From assembly GCA_024679065.1 (NCBI GenBank), contig JAGIQG010000010.1, positions 62,992,001 through 63,056,000 on the forward strand: a stretch of DNA of 64,000 nucleotides. The letters run 5' to 3'. Shown here piece after piece: positions 51,111 through 63,524 of the stretch (positions are counted from its first letter, which is position 1; each line of letters opens with the position of its first letter). This stretch comes from Sphyrna mokarran (lineage: Eukaryota). Under the pieces are notes generated by a model. That model was not told the origin of the DNA, made no database searches, and worked only from the letters and a program-made list of their open reading frames with translations. The position numbers and the translations under genes are program-made.

Positions 51111-53154
51111 ACCAGATGTATATTGAATTTACTCAGAATTTATATATGATGCCTACTAAGCAACATCTGTGTAATTAATGATACTCTGCGCTATACCAAA
51201 GCCACGAGCACTCTCCTCCTGCTTCTCTGTGGAGAAACTACAACTGATGCCCTTGTCTTTATATACTGAGCAGTCAGCTCCTTCATGCAGCTGGTGAACT
51301 ATGAAATGTTGGCCATGTCACTGTTCGATCCACTGGCCCCTCTGCTTCATTATTAGATGTCAATATTTGAATAGTATGCTGGTGGTCTCTGGATTAAGCC
51401 TTCAAAATTATTTTGTCTTGCCATCACTCTTCCTCCCTTCGAAAAAGTAAAGGCCTACGATTTTTAGAAGGCTTCTTTTGATTCCTGCTTGGAATCCATC
51501 TTTCCTGTTATGATCCCATTCTTTGACATGAGGAACATTATATCAATATTTTAAAAACTTTTTTTGGAGAAAAGACAGGAAGCTGTTGTGAGAAATTAAC
51601 TGACTGTGATTCTATCGTCATAAATTATACTTGCTATTTCAGTTGCCGGGAATCGTCACATTTTGTTCCTTATCATGTTAGGTACATTATGAGTGATATC
51701 TCCACACATTCATTCAAACATTTCATGAGAGCAAGCAATTTGTTTTGATTTTAGCACATTTTCCAGCAGATATCTGGGCAGGGGTTTCATTACTTTATTT
51801 ATTACAGTCCACTTTTCAAAAATATATTTTCTCTATTTTCATCATTTTCTCTCCTCTTGCCTTTTCTTTACCTGAAGGCAATAACTATTGGAATGACACA
51901 TGGTTGCCTCTGAATCAACTGCTCTATGGTATCTCATCCAAAAAGCTACTACTGTTGTGTGGGTCAAGGCAGAGGGCTTCATCACACTATTCAACATGAA
52001 GTATCACAGCAGAACCTGATTCTCTCCTCACTGAAAGTCCACAAATCAACTGGATCGAATTGTCAATTGATGTCTCTCCTCCCATCAAGTGTATCTGCAA
52101 AATCTTACCCATCCTCCATCCTGTATTTTGAGAAAGTAATTTTGAAAAACAGATCCATGGAAAGCAATAGTGAAAAAGAACTTTTGTCAACCTTTACCCA
52201 CTTTACTGCAGGAGCAATGATCCTATTATAACAACCTCACTGGTACCCTGTTGAGTTCAGCCAATTTGGCACACACAAGAGTATAAAATCTGGGGCCTTC
52301 TTAGCTGTATGTTCCTCATGACTTGAACTTGTTAAGCCACCAGGATGCATTGTTATTCTCTCTCTAATTTATTCACCATTTCCCATCAACTGGACTGACA
52401 GGCCAATTTGTAGCAGGCCTCTGCCATTACGAGTCTGTAACTAGCTGCCAAAGAATGGTCCACTGATTTTTTTTCTATACTCATAAGGGATCAACAGTTG
52501 TTCGCATAGCATCTGGCTGTGATTTAGAATTCAGTATATTGGGCTTGTGGACCTAACCCATGCCCTACTATTTTGTTGTGCAGTGGCTTGGAGCTTCAAC
52601 ACATGGCACCATCATGACGTTAAGTTTTAAGGTAAGAGGTATGAGAAAGTTAACATGATAGGCAGCAGGAAGCACTATACAGAAGATTCATAAATGTACA
52701 AGAACACAAGGAATAGGAGCAGAAGTACAGCCTGATGCATCATTCATGACTGACCTTAGCTTTCAACTTTTCTCGTTCGCCTGCTCTTGAGAGACCACTT
52801 TTCTGAAATCTGGTGCTAATTCATTAAAATTTCCAGTGTTATTGGTGATTTGTATGCTGTTGCCTGTCATTAATGAAATCCTTATGTTCATTAAGATTTA
52901 AACTCAAATATGATGAACTACAATGAATGCAGCATCAAAAAGTATTGTATATTATAAACATTGCAACTGCTGTAAAATAGTGATTTCTTGAAATAAATAT
53001 TTGATGCAAGTTGTTTAGGAACTATTGTTGAGCTTATTTTTTTCTCAACCTGAGAAATGAGCCTCGATATAACTTCAGTTGTAAACAGATACTAAAAAAA
53101 AGGGGAGATGTGACTAACCATACCCAGCTTGCATATTGTACTCAACACATTGTT

Positions 53155-53318
53155 AAGTATGTTCAAGGCCAAGGTAGATTTTTAATCAGTAAAGGAATCA
53201 AGCGATATAGGGATAAGAAGGGAAAGTGGAGTTGAGGATTATTATTTGAACTCAGTCATGATTTCATAGAATGGTGGAGAGACTCGCTGGGACCAATGGC
53301 CTATTCCTGTTCCTATGT
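53155..53318 (+). mobile_element. CR1/HER-type LINE 3' end
   Basis: AAGTATGTTCAAGGCCAAGGTAGATTTTTAATCAGTAAAGGAATCAAG...AATGGCCTATTCCTGTTCCTATG. Confidence 0.8.
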
Positions 53319-53570
53319 GTTGCATCTATCTTTCAACACAAGTTCACAAAATGGGATTCTAGATCATAGAAGTTCACAAGGTGACCTGACAGTTATCCGA
53401 GATCATATGATTTGTGATTGTCTGTCATCATGTTTCTGAACTTCTGCACATTTGAATTTGTCCTTGGATTTCGGAATGTTTCTATATTTATTAGTTTATG
53501 TTACTTATATCATTGTAGGTCAATACAAAATGTGGGGCAAAATTTTACATTTCCCTCTCAGTGGTTTGAG

Positions 53571-53792
53571 ATGATTTGGAGATGCTGGTGTTGGATTGGA
53601 GTAAGCATAGTAAGGAGTCTCACAACATCAGCTTAAAGTCCAACAGGTTTATTTTACAGCAGCACTAGCTTTTGGAGTCACACACTCCTTCATCGGGTGA
53701 GTGAAGGAGTCACCTGATCAGGAATCAGCTGATGAAGGTGCCAAATAAATCCGTTGGACTTTAATCTGGTGTTGTGAGTCCTCTTACAGTAT
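53571..53792. mobile_element. Miniature Penelope-derived element with inverted pseudo-LTRs
   Basis: GTAAGGAGTCTCACAACATCAGCTTAAAGTCCAACAGGTTTATTT (from 53610) and AAATAAATCCGTTGGACTTTAATCTGGTGTTGTGAGTCCTCTTAC (to 53787) are inverted. GTTTGAG occurs on both flanks. Confidence 0.8.
53663..53699 (-). ncRNA. Minimal hammerhead ribozyme relic
   Basis: CAC-CCGATGA-A-GGAGT-GTGTG-ACTCC-AAAA-GC-TA-GTG. Stems I and II are perfect, with two core substitutions. Confidence 0.65.
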
Positions 53793-54109
53793 GTTTGAGG
53801 GCAATGTGGTGATTAGAAAAATTCCATGGATGGCTTTCCAACTTACTTTCAGACTATCCCGACCTGTCTGCAATTTTACTCTGAGATAGGTGGAGCCTTG
53901 GCTTATAAGGATTCCAGGACACTATCCATATTTTGGACAATTATAGATGCAGGAAATCAATTGAAGAAAGACACCTCTGGGTTTTGATGTTACAGCCATA
54001 GCTGATGTCATGTGGTTCAGTCATTAGGATCAGTGATTTGAGGATAGCACACTTCAACATCTTAAGAGTTTGCAGACAGAGGAGGGACTAATTGATTGCC
54101 AGATAGACA

Positions 54110-54363
54110 AAAAAAGAGTAAGCAGAGAGTTCAGGAGATCTCTGAGACCATGTTGCTCTCTAGCTAATATTTAATTCTGAATTATGATGGGACAGAGTGA
54201 TTCCCTGGCAAGTGCAGTCAGAGGCAAGCTCATGGCACCGTGGGTGATTCAGCTGTATAGGGAGGAAAAAAATATCAAGAGAGTGATAGTTATTAGGATT
54301 CCATAGTTAAGGGAGCAAGCAAGCATAATGTGATCACAGATATAATTCCAGAATGGTATGTTG
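54110..54363 (+). mobile_element. CR1 ORF1 (SGNH esterase) fragment
   Basis: KRVIVI.DSIVKG...SRMVC corresponds to the CR1 ORF1 GDS motif region. Truncated by the adjacent LTR. Confidence 0.65.
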
Positions 54364-54366
54364 GTA

Positions 54367-54691
54367 TGTTGGTCCATACAGAATTACTTAGTCAAACAGA
54401 AACAGAACAGGTTTCTTTTGTTCCTGGGGAAGAGCTCTTCCTTCTTTCTGAATCTAATAGATGAAGGACAATTTGATACAGCTTTAAGTTTAAAGGCTAT
54501 ATTGACAACAAAATATTTACATATATGTACAACAAGGTAAAACTAGACTACAAGTATGACTGTTCTTCTGGATTCCTGTGCTCCCACTGGTATCCATCTT
54601 GATTCATGGGCCAGGCCATCCAGCGATTTGTTCACTTTCCCACCAGAGTGATCCATGGGGTCCTTGCTGGTCATGTGGCCCTCAGAACACA
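54367..54691 (-). mobile_element. 3' LTR of the minus-strand Gypsy element
   Basis: Reverse strand polypurine tract GAAGGGGAAAGAGGA directly before TGT. Terminal CCAACA. Confidence 0.65.
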
Positions 54692-54829
54692 TCCTCTTTC
54701 CCCTTCAAGGGTCTTGATGGAGCAATCCTTCCCCACAAACTCTGAGACACTGTTAAAGAGAAACAAAGAACAAGATTAATAGGTAAATCATAGGCTCTTA
54801 TTAAAAAGGATATCCAGAAAAACATCTGG

Positions 54830-57222
54830 AATGCTCCTCAAAGGTTCAAGTGCTCTGGGGCCTTCCTGGTTCTGTTAGAGCACCTCAATTTGGTGGTGGC
54901 AGTCTCATCTGCATTTTAAGGGCAGCCCAAGACACAACAGACGAGAATTGCAGACTGATAAATTCTGAATCTAGTGACTCTCCGGCAGCTTCAGGCTCCA
55001 CTGTCTCCTCAACCATTGGCTGTTCAGGCTCCACATTCTTCACCAAAATCTCAGTAGCCAGATATGGCAACCTGGAACTATATACAGGGATCACTAGGAT
55101 ATCTCCTGGGTCCATTACTGCTCTCCTCCTCAGCTGGCCCACATGTTTTTTAAGCCTGCAGCCTTGTTCCTCCATGATGTAGGAGAGCAGTCCTGTTCTT
55201 TCCACAGTTTTCCAACCACCTATGCCTGGCCTACTGCAAAGTTTCTAACAAAGACAGCATCCTCACTTTAAACACTCTGGTTTTCCTTCCTTCATCATAA
55301 TATATCTTCTGAGAGCTTTTCTCCACTCCCCACCAAATTTTGGAGCATAATGTCCAATCTTGTTCGTATCAATAACTCAGGTAGTGTGACCCCTGCTTGG
55401 GGTTGTAGAAAATTGACTGTGCATAAGGAAAAAGTCTGTTTGCCTGATTTTTATTGACAACCTGAATGTTTGCGCTGCCCACTCTGTTAGCTCATTTGAT
55501 GTCAGATGGTAAGGTGCTGACTTCACATGATGAATGTCATTGGACTTGAGAAATATTTCGAATTCTTCTGCCATGAATGATGTGCCATTGTCCACCACAA
55601 CTTTTGAAATACTATGGAAAGCGAATACCTCCCTTAACTTGTCAATAGTGGCCATCGCTTTATTGTCTTCATCCCTTGCACTTGGAGTGTGCATCTACTA
55701 ATATTAGAAACACATGATCCATAAAAGGTCCAGAAAAATCTATATTTAACCCTGCCCCAGCCTGGCCACTCCCAAGGATGCAAATTTGCTGGTGATGGTA
55801 AAGCCTGTTAAGCTTTGTGCTAGGCATTGACTAACCATCCTTTCTATTTCTTTGCCAATGCCCGGCCATCACCCATTACCCCTGGCTAGGGCCTTCATTC
55901 TACTTTGACCAGGATGAGAGTCATACAATTCCTATAATAGGAGTTGTCTCTCTTGGGATGGGACTGTAACTCCAGACCCCCACAGTAACACCGATCCAGG
56001 TTAATTCCAGCCTTCTACTTTCATAGATTTTTGACATTTCTCATTGTGCCATTCTTGCATGACCTTCTTCTTTACCTTCATCAATACAGGGTCTCTTTCT
56101 GTCACAAAATTATGTTCTTTGCTGAAATTGACAAAGTGTTACCAAATGCAGAGCCATTTTAATCTCTTGAGAAATTGGTGGTGATGCCACTGCTTGTGGT
56201 AAAATTAACTTACTCTGGATATTTGCATGTGATATCAGTGTACCAGGATTATAATTGTAGGCTACTAACAAAACAGCCCAACTGTGCAAACTTGCAGAAC
56301 TGATTTGTGGCACTGGCTTATCTTCTCTGAAAAGACCTAACAATAGCTTGTGGTCTGAGACTATTGCAAAATGTCAGCCATACATATACTCATGGAACTT
56401 TTTGACTGCCAATCTTTCTTGTCTGTTTGGGAATATTTTCTTTCTGCATCTGACAACTTTCTTGAAGCGAAGGTAATGGGCCTTTCTGCACGATCAGGCA
56501 TCAGTGGGATATAAAAGCTCCCACTCCATACAGAAAGGCATCACAGGTCACTAATAAGGGTTTGTTTGGGTCAAGATGCACCAACAAGGCAGATGACTTG
56601 TTTAACTTTTGCAAAAGCTTCCTTTTCCTCTTCTCCCATTTCTAACTTTGTTTTTTTAACAGTTGAAATAGAGGTAAAATAGTAGAAGCATTTTTTAAAA
56701 ATCTGCCGTAGTAGTTGACCATGCTCAGAAATGATTTCAGCTTTGATACATCTTTTGGTTGTGGTAGCTCCTTGATGGCTTTTACCTTTTCTTCCAAAGG
56801 ATGCTGACTCTTCAAATTGACACTGAATCCAAAATAGATAAGTTCTTTTGATTGAAATGTATATTTTTCCCATTTCGGCCTAACACCTGCTTCCTTAAAA
56901 TGTTTTAACACTTCTTCTAAATTGGATCTGTGTTCTTCAGGTGAAGTACCAGTGATCAGTACATTGTCCAGATAAACTATCTTTTTGCAAGGGATGCCTT
57001 GCAAAAAGATCTCCATCATATGTTGGAAAATCGCACAGACTGACAAGACTTCAAAAGGCAATATGGTAAATTGATACAAACTCTTGAACATGTTAATTGT
57101 CATCAGCTTTTGCAAATCCTCATTGAAGTCCAATTACTGATAGGCACGGCTGAGATCCAATTTGGTATATTTTAAACCTTCAGCTAGTTTAGCATAGAGA
57201 TCTTAAATTTGAGTATGGGGTT
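54830..57222 (-). mobile_element. Gypsy LTR retrotransposon pol (RT, RNase H, integrase), pseudogenised
   Basis: LYAKLAEGLKYTKLDLSRAYQ; LYQFTILPF..AIFQHMME..VYLDNVLITG; LKSFLSMVNYYGRF; TIDKLREVFAFH..VVDNGTSF...SAPYHLTSNE. Multiple frameshifts. Confidence 0.95.
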
Positions 57223-57349
57223 CAATAGGGACACCCAGGGTGTTATCTCTGTCATGCTCACAAGCAGATTTCTAACAAGGCTTTGATATGTTGATTGCGT
57301 GTGCTTGCTGGTTGCAAACTCTTGGGAGTGATTGTTGTATCTTAGATGT

Positions 57350-57750
57350 GGTGATGGGTTACTGAGAGTGGTCCCTTACTCTTGGAATGGCCTTGAATTC
57401 TTCAGGCTGGCTCTTGACTCATGGAGATTGCCCCCATATCTTGGGGTGGTCATGGTTCTTGGGTAGAGGGCTATGGCCATTGGGGGTGGTCTCTGACTCT
57501 TAGGGCGATCATGGATTCTTGGGGGTGGTCCCTAACTCTTGGAGATAGTCCCTCACTCTTGGGGATGGTTCCTGATTTTTGGGATAGTCATAAGTTCTTG
57601 GATGTTCTGCAGGCTATTGGAGGTGGTCACAGGTTCTCAGAGGAATGGGCGTGTTCTCTAGTTTCAGGATGAAGGGAGTGGTCACTAACTTAAGGTGTTG
57701 ATTGGCAGGCATGGTCACTGGTTTCAGGCTGATAGGGCTGGTGACCATCA
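57350..57750 (+). repeat. Degenerate G-rich minisatellite, 19-20 bp unit
   Basis: Successive units such as GGGGGTGGTCTCTGACTCTT, GGGGGTGGTCCCTAACTCTT, GGAGATAGTCCCTCACTCTT and GGGGATGGTTCCTGATTTTT. Confidence 0.8.
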
Positions 57751-57884
57751 ATTCCATAACATTTTACTAATTTGTTACATAATAGTTAAAGCAGTAAGTG
57801 CTGTTTGGTAAAACCAATATGGAAAGGACATTAAAGCCCCAGAGAGCATACAAAACATATTCATCTGAACAACACTGGGAAATT

Positions 57885-58265
57885 TATAGCTATGATGATA
57901 TGTTTGAGATATTAAGAGTATTCCCACTAAATCTGAGAAGGGTAAAAGGAAACTTTACAGAGTTTTATAAAATTATGATGAATTGTATGATACAGTATAT
58001 TTCTTCTTTGGGAGAATCAGTGTCAAGGTGACATCAATTTAAAATTAATGCTAGGAAAATTAAGAACGCAGTTAGCAAAAATGTCTTTACAATGAAGGTT
58101 ATTGAAGCATGAAATACTTTGTCACAGGGAATAGTTCAGAAAAAGACAATTGGATCCTTACGAAGCAGAGGAAGATATTTGATTATGAGAGGTAGGTTTG
58201 GATTGCTCTGGCAAAGAACTGCCACAAGCTTCCTTCTATCCCACCAACTGCAATGATTCTATGAG
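57885..58265 (+). mobile_element. Old CR1-type LINE 3' end
   Basis: LRRVKGNFTEFYKIM...GESVSR.HQFKI. Ends ATGATTCTATGA. Confidence 0.65.
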
Positions 58266-58509
58266 TCTAAACAGTAAATGTGAGCGTATTTATTTGCAAG
58301 ACCCCTTGACTTTTTTGAGGAAATTACATTCTCTGTGATCTATATGGAAGGCCCTAAAATATGGTGCACTTAAACTTTCAAAAAAATTGATATATTTCTA
58401 TACAAACTGCTATTAGCTTTAAAATGTAGTTGTTGCAGGTGGCATTTCTTTCTCTAGTACACAGATTCTTTAAATCTTTTTGCACATGCGTGCACACATT
58501 ATTTATCAC

Positions 58510-58745
58510 AGGAGATCACAGGAATAATTTTCAGATTGCTTAGTGAGGACATTAACATTGAGAATTCAATGTAAGCTCTGAAAAAGTAAGAAGTTGACTG
58601 AAGGTTCAAAAACAGTAGATAACAGTTAGAGGAATTACATCAGAGTAGTTAATTTGGGAGATACTCCAAGGATCAGTATTAAGGCTACTACTATTGTAAT
58701 TTACATTAATGACTTGAATTCAGAAATTCAATGGAAATTGGCTCA
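58510..58745 (+). mobile_element. Old CR1-type RT fragment
   Basis: ILQGSVLRLLLL.IYINDL. Confidence 0.6.
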
Positions 58746-58769
58746 ACTAGGCATGAAATCAGAAGTAAC

Positions 58770-58990
58770 TCTCATGTTTTTCTTCAAAATACTGCTACGG
58801 AATCATTTGCATGCATCCTAGAGAGCAGAACAAGCCTCAGTTTAATGTTTCATTTCCTTTGACACCGAAGCATTCCCTTAGTACTGCACTGAAGTATCAA
58901 CTTAGATTTCTTTGCCTCTGTCTCTGGAGTAGAACTTCAACCCACAGCCTTCTGATTCAAAGGTGATAGTGATGCCAACAGAACCAAGGT
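58770..58990 (-). mobile_element. DeuSINE (SacSINE1-like) 5' half
   Basis: Reverse strand tRNA-like head (GAATCAGAAGGCTGTGGGTTGAAGTTCTACTCCAGAGAC), then CAGTGCAGTACTAAGGGAATGC...ATTAAACTGAGGC (Deu-domain-like). Confidence 0.7.
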
Positions 58991-59034
58991 TGGCATTATA
59001 GATTGTTCTGATTGAAACAGATGGGAGACAATAA

Positions 59035-60102
59035 GGGTGCGATTTTACCATCTTGCTATGCCTGGCAATCAGTGCAGCGAGCTGGGAGAATAGTGTGCAA
59101 AGTTAAAAATCCAATTTGTGCCTGGCATGAAATGGTTTGCTATTTTCTCGACTCCTTTCAAGTGACATGAACTACTTCATGCCCAGAAAGGCTGCAAAGT
59201 TTATTAGCATGTGATTAACTGTGTTTCAATATCATTAGGGAGTTCAGCCCACATGCCTCCCCCTTCTGGATGCTTCCCACCTCTCCAGTAAGATATTGTG
59301 CTGATGTGAAATGCTACTGATCTGCCCTAGGGTAGACCGGGCAACCTGGACATGCCGGGAGTCTTGGAGGTCATCAAAACTCCCCAATGATTAAGGACAT
59401 GGCTGGACCATGCCTGACGGGAAATGCCTATCTGGTTATGTCCACCAGACACTTTATCAGTTTCCACATCAGGCACTCCAGCAGTGGACATCAGATATCT
59501 CAGCAGTGGATATCAGGCAGTGCTTGTATACGAGTGAAGTGTCATCAAGTGGGCCTGGGAAAGGGCAGTGATGGAGAGGGGGCTATGCAGAAGGGCTATG
59601 TAGAGGGATTATGTGGGGGGGGGGGGGGTCATGCAAGTTGAGTCATGAAGGAGTGATGATGTGGGGGTACATGTAGGGGGTCATATGTTGGGGGTCATGA
59701 TGAAAGAGGGCATGTCGGGAGTCATGACAGGGGAATGTTGGGGGTCATTCAGATGCATTGGGAGGGTCCCGATACAGGCGACCCATGTCAGGGTGGGGGG
59801 AGAACATGCTGCAAATGAAGGGGGGGAGGAGTCTAATGTCCGAGAGGGAAGGTGGTGAGAGGGGTCTCCCAGGAAGATCGGGGTGCCTTGCAAATGGCAG
59901 CCGTGCACTTGGAAGCCGGTTTTACTGTGTTTAGGCCCCGCCCCGCTTTATATGGAAATTGGCTCAGCTAGGCAAGTTCCCAATTCTCCAAAAAATAATT
60001 GTCAAAATATTGTAATGTAGAGTGCACTTGAGTGACCAGCAAATTCCACCCCATGTTGATCACTGTTAAGGCACTTAGAAATTATTTGGGAAAATTCCAC
60101 CC
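59035..60102. mobile_element. Non-autonomous Harbinger/PIF element
   Basis: 15-bp TIRs GGGTGCGATTTTACC and GGGAAAATTCCACCC (3 mismatches), with TAA TSD on both sides (59032-59034, 60103-60105). G-rich interior. Confidence 0.75.
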
Positions 60103-60444
60103 TAAATGACTGGAGGCAGCTCAATGAAGGACCATGTGACAAATCACATGTCAGAGATCTGAGGTATGATGTGATGTTGAAGAAACTTGGTATTTTCAAA
60201 ATCGAAAAGATGTGACGGAAAGTTGATCATACATAACAGAGTAAAGTGACCTCAAAAATTACACCAAATTAAACTACACGGATGGATACAGTACATAAGT
60301 TAAAACTAGTAAATGATTCGGATTGACATGAAGATCTTCTCCATAGTCCACACAAATTAGCACACAAAATAGATTGCCACACAGAGATAGGAACTTGAGA
60401 ATCATTTACCCAACAATTGTGTGCCCATCGGGCTTTTCTGGAAA

Positions 60445-60680
60445 GCATCATAAAACAGTTACAGCACAGAAGGCCATTCAACCCATCAATCCTGTGCTGA
60501 CTCTCTGTAAGTACAATCGGCTAGTCCTACTTACCTATCCTGTTGCCCATAGCCCTGACTTTTTTCCCTCTCAGTACTTATCCAAACGCCTTTGAAAGTC
60601 ACAATGAAATCTTGATTTCAGCACCCTTGCAGGTAGTGCATTCCATATTTTGATTATTCGCTATGCCAAAAAAATGCTGC
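60445..60680 (-). mobile_element. CR1-type LINE 3' end
   Basis: CATAAAACAGTTACAGCACAGAAGGCCATTCAACCCATC...GGTAGTGCATTCCA. Confidence 0.7.
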
Positions 60681-61740
60681 CTTTTTTTTAAAGTAAAATG
60701 ATGGGCCAAGTGACTATCCTGATTCATAAATTTTGTGGAATAAATCCCATACGCCAATATTTCTGGAAAAATACACATTTGCAGAAGGGTGGGAAAGTTG
60801 CAAAAAGAAGTGGAAGCAAAAAATTCTGCCATCATTCGAGAGACAGATGCTGTAAAATGGGATCTTAGCTTTCTATAAAAGAATGAGAATGGGCCGAATT
60901 GCCTTCCACCTCCAAAACAATCGCGTTACAGTATCTGAATTTTGGCGTTAGGTTTCTGCATTAAATTTAATAGAGTTTTCATGGTTAGAAAACTTTAGTA
61001 ATCAGTAACCAGTGATTAACTTCTTAATACTGTACGGTTCATTGGTTCCCGAAATTCAATTTGCATTCCAGCTTGACTGAATACTGGGATTAGCCTGCCT
61101 TGGTTCCTCTTGCTTGCTTTCTCTCAATTGTAAAACTAAACACTTGCAAATCTCACAGCCAGATGGGCTGTGAAGAAAGAAAGAGAAATAAAGAAGATGG
61201 AGACAGAGGAAGGAAACAGCTGCCACCTTCTGCTCAGTTCAAAACTGGGCAGGATGAAAGCACTGGGCACAAAGCCACAGGCCAACCTGTTAATGCATCC
61301 ATGGAGAATATTTAAATGCCTCACCTGTCAATCAGATCACTTTTTCAGGACATCAAAAAATAACACTGCTGAGTGCTGTCACTGTGATGTCTTCCACAAA
61401 ATCACACATTTAAACTACTTAAATTCTTTCACTCCATGCACGTGCTGAGCAATTTTTGTCTTTTTACTGGAAAACCAGACATTTAGGGACAATTTTAAAA
61501 GTCAAGCTAATGGTAGGAAGTTGGCATTAGAAATGGACATACATGAGATTTAATTTTAGTAAAGCATGGATAAAATGGATGTACATTTTAGACACTGTTG
61601 CTGGGTAAGAACCGATTGGTAACACTTCCTATTTAATGGCTAACATTAAAAAGCTGATTGTTGGTAATCCTGCTGAAAACTGGATGGGTAACCACTCTAT
61701 GCAAGTGAAATTCTCAAGTAGGCAGTTTAAAACTGAGATA

Positions 61741-61850
61741 TAAAATCAAAAAATGCTGGGAAAATTTAACAGGTCTGGTATCATCTGTGAAGAGAGAAAC
61801 AGAATTAAGGTTTTGAGCCCATTTGGCTCTTCTTCAGAGTTAAAGAGAGA
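61741..61850 (-). mobile_element. Penelope-like pseudo-LTR with hammerhead relic (61803-61842)
   Basis: Reverse strand CTGAAGA-A-GAGCC-AAATG-GGCTC-AAAA-CCTTA, then CTCTCTTCACAGATGATACCAGACCTGTT...CCCAGCATTTT. Confidence 0.75.
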
Positions 61851-61954
61851 GAGAAATGTGAGTACCATCACACAGACTGGTGTACTTCAATTCTGTTCAT
61901 TCTAAAGGGTGAAATCAGGGTATGTTTAGGCTCAAGGGCTCTAAATCTCTCCCT

Positions 61955-62430
61955 AAATAGATGCCCACACAAGATGCCAACATTGTACAACACTCCAAGC
62001 TGGATGCCATACTTACGTATGATTGGTCTACTTAGCTTAGGAATCTCAGGAAGCCATCACCTTCAAAAGACTATTTGGAAGATATTTCCTTCAGAGACTT
62101 CCTTTCAGCTGATCTAGAGCAGATCTACTCCAGAAGCATTTGGAGAGAATCACAGAAAGTGTGCCTGGATGCATATGGATCTCTGATGATGTTGCAGTGG
62201 TGGGCAAAACCGAAAAAGAGCATTATCAAAATCTTCACTCAATGGTGAGAGTAGCTCGCCATGAGGGGCTTGTCATCAACAGCAGGAAATCTCAGGTGAA
62301 TGTGAATCAGATCAGTTTCTTCAACTCAATTGCAGAATTTGTCCTGATCCAGGCAAAGTCGAAGATATCAGACAAATCCTTACCCCACAGACTTACAATG
62401 GTGCCTTCATTTTTAAACTCCTTGCCTCAT
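61955..62430 (+). mobile_element. Gypsy RT fragment
   Basis: PHKMPTL; TFKRLFGRYFLQRLPF; ERITESVPGCIWISDDVAVVGKTEKEHYQNL. Confidence 0.85.
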
Positions 62431-63524
62431 ACGCTGTGAATATCCATTTTATATTGAAGTTGAATGAAGTTGAGAAAGGAAAACAGTACTTACCAAGATG
62501 TCCCTCTTTGGGCAGATAGAACCATTTAACTCCTCTGTGGAGAATTGGACACAATAGGTACAGTGTCTTGAGTATTACTTCCAAGCAAAATGAAATAAGG
62601 GAGAAGGTGAAGCGTGTGGATTCCAGACTTACAATCTGACTTGCAGTCTCACAGCCCTAAGTGCCCCCAACTCTAAATCATTCAGTGGAATTGATGAAGT
62701 CACATTTCAAGCCAAGCCTAGCCATTAGTTATATTCTAGAGATTCAAGTCTGCTTTAAGGGGGAGTGCTTCAGGCTAAACAATTGTGACTTATATTACTA
62801 ATTTGAAACAGATATTAAAGTATTGCAATTTTGGAGCTGTTATATATATTCAAGTGGTTGCATGATTGCTTTAAGAACTGGTCACATGATTAAGGTATTT
62901 CATGGGTTTTTGCTTTAGCTTCAGTTTCTAAGGCAAAAGCTCCTCAATAAACTTTGTTGTTATTTTGAATTTTTATGTGAAAACTACATATTTTGCCTTT
63001 CATTTAAAATCCACAGCCCCTAATTTGGTAAGGACATCATTGAAAAATCAAGAAAAGACCCTAGGTAGAGTAAAAAAAACATTGTGGGTTCTAGCACTTT
63101 GAATATTAAAAGGTTGGGAAAATCAATGACAGGATTAAATAAAGATTGATGAGTCAATGAAGGAAGACCAAGTAAAAAAATGCATTTCTTACTGGAAAAC
63201 AAATGGGTACACTCCCTTAAATTGCAGTGTTTGCATATGTGTTGGAGTGTGTATTAACAGAGCAGAAGAACATGCTATGCAATTGAAAAAGGGTGAAAGC
63301 ACTCTGTGGGGTATTAAATGTGGTTTTTCCAACATGGAAGGGTGAAATTCCAGACAATAAGTGGCATATTTGAAAACAAGGGATATTCTGTTATACAGCT
63401 GGGATTGCTTGCAAGAAAAAGATATATCAAGTAAATAGTCTTCAGCGTAAAAACAGGAGTATGGGGAAGGCAGTAAAAAAAAATGTACTGAGTAATTTTG
63501 AGTCATGAGTGCCTGCAAGAGAAA

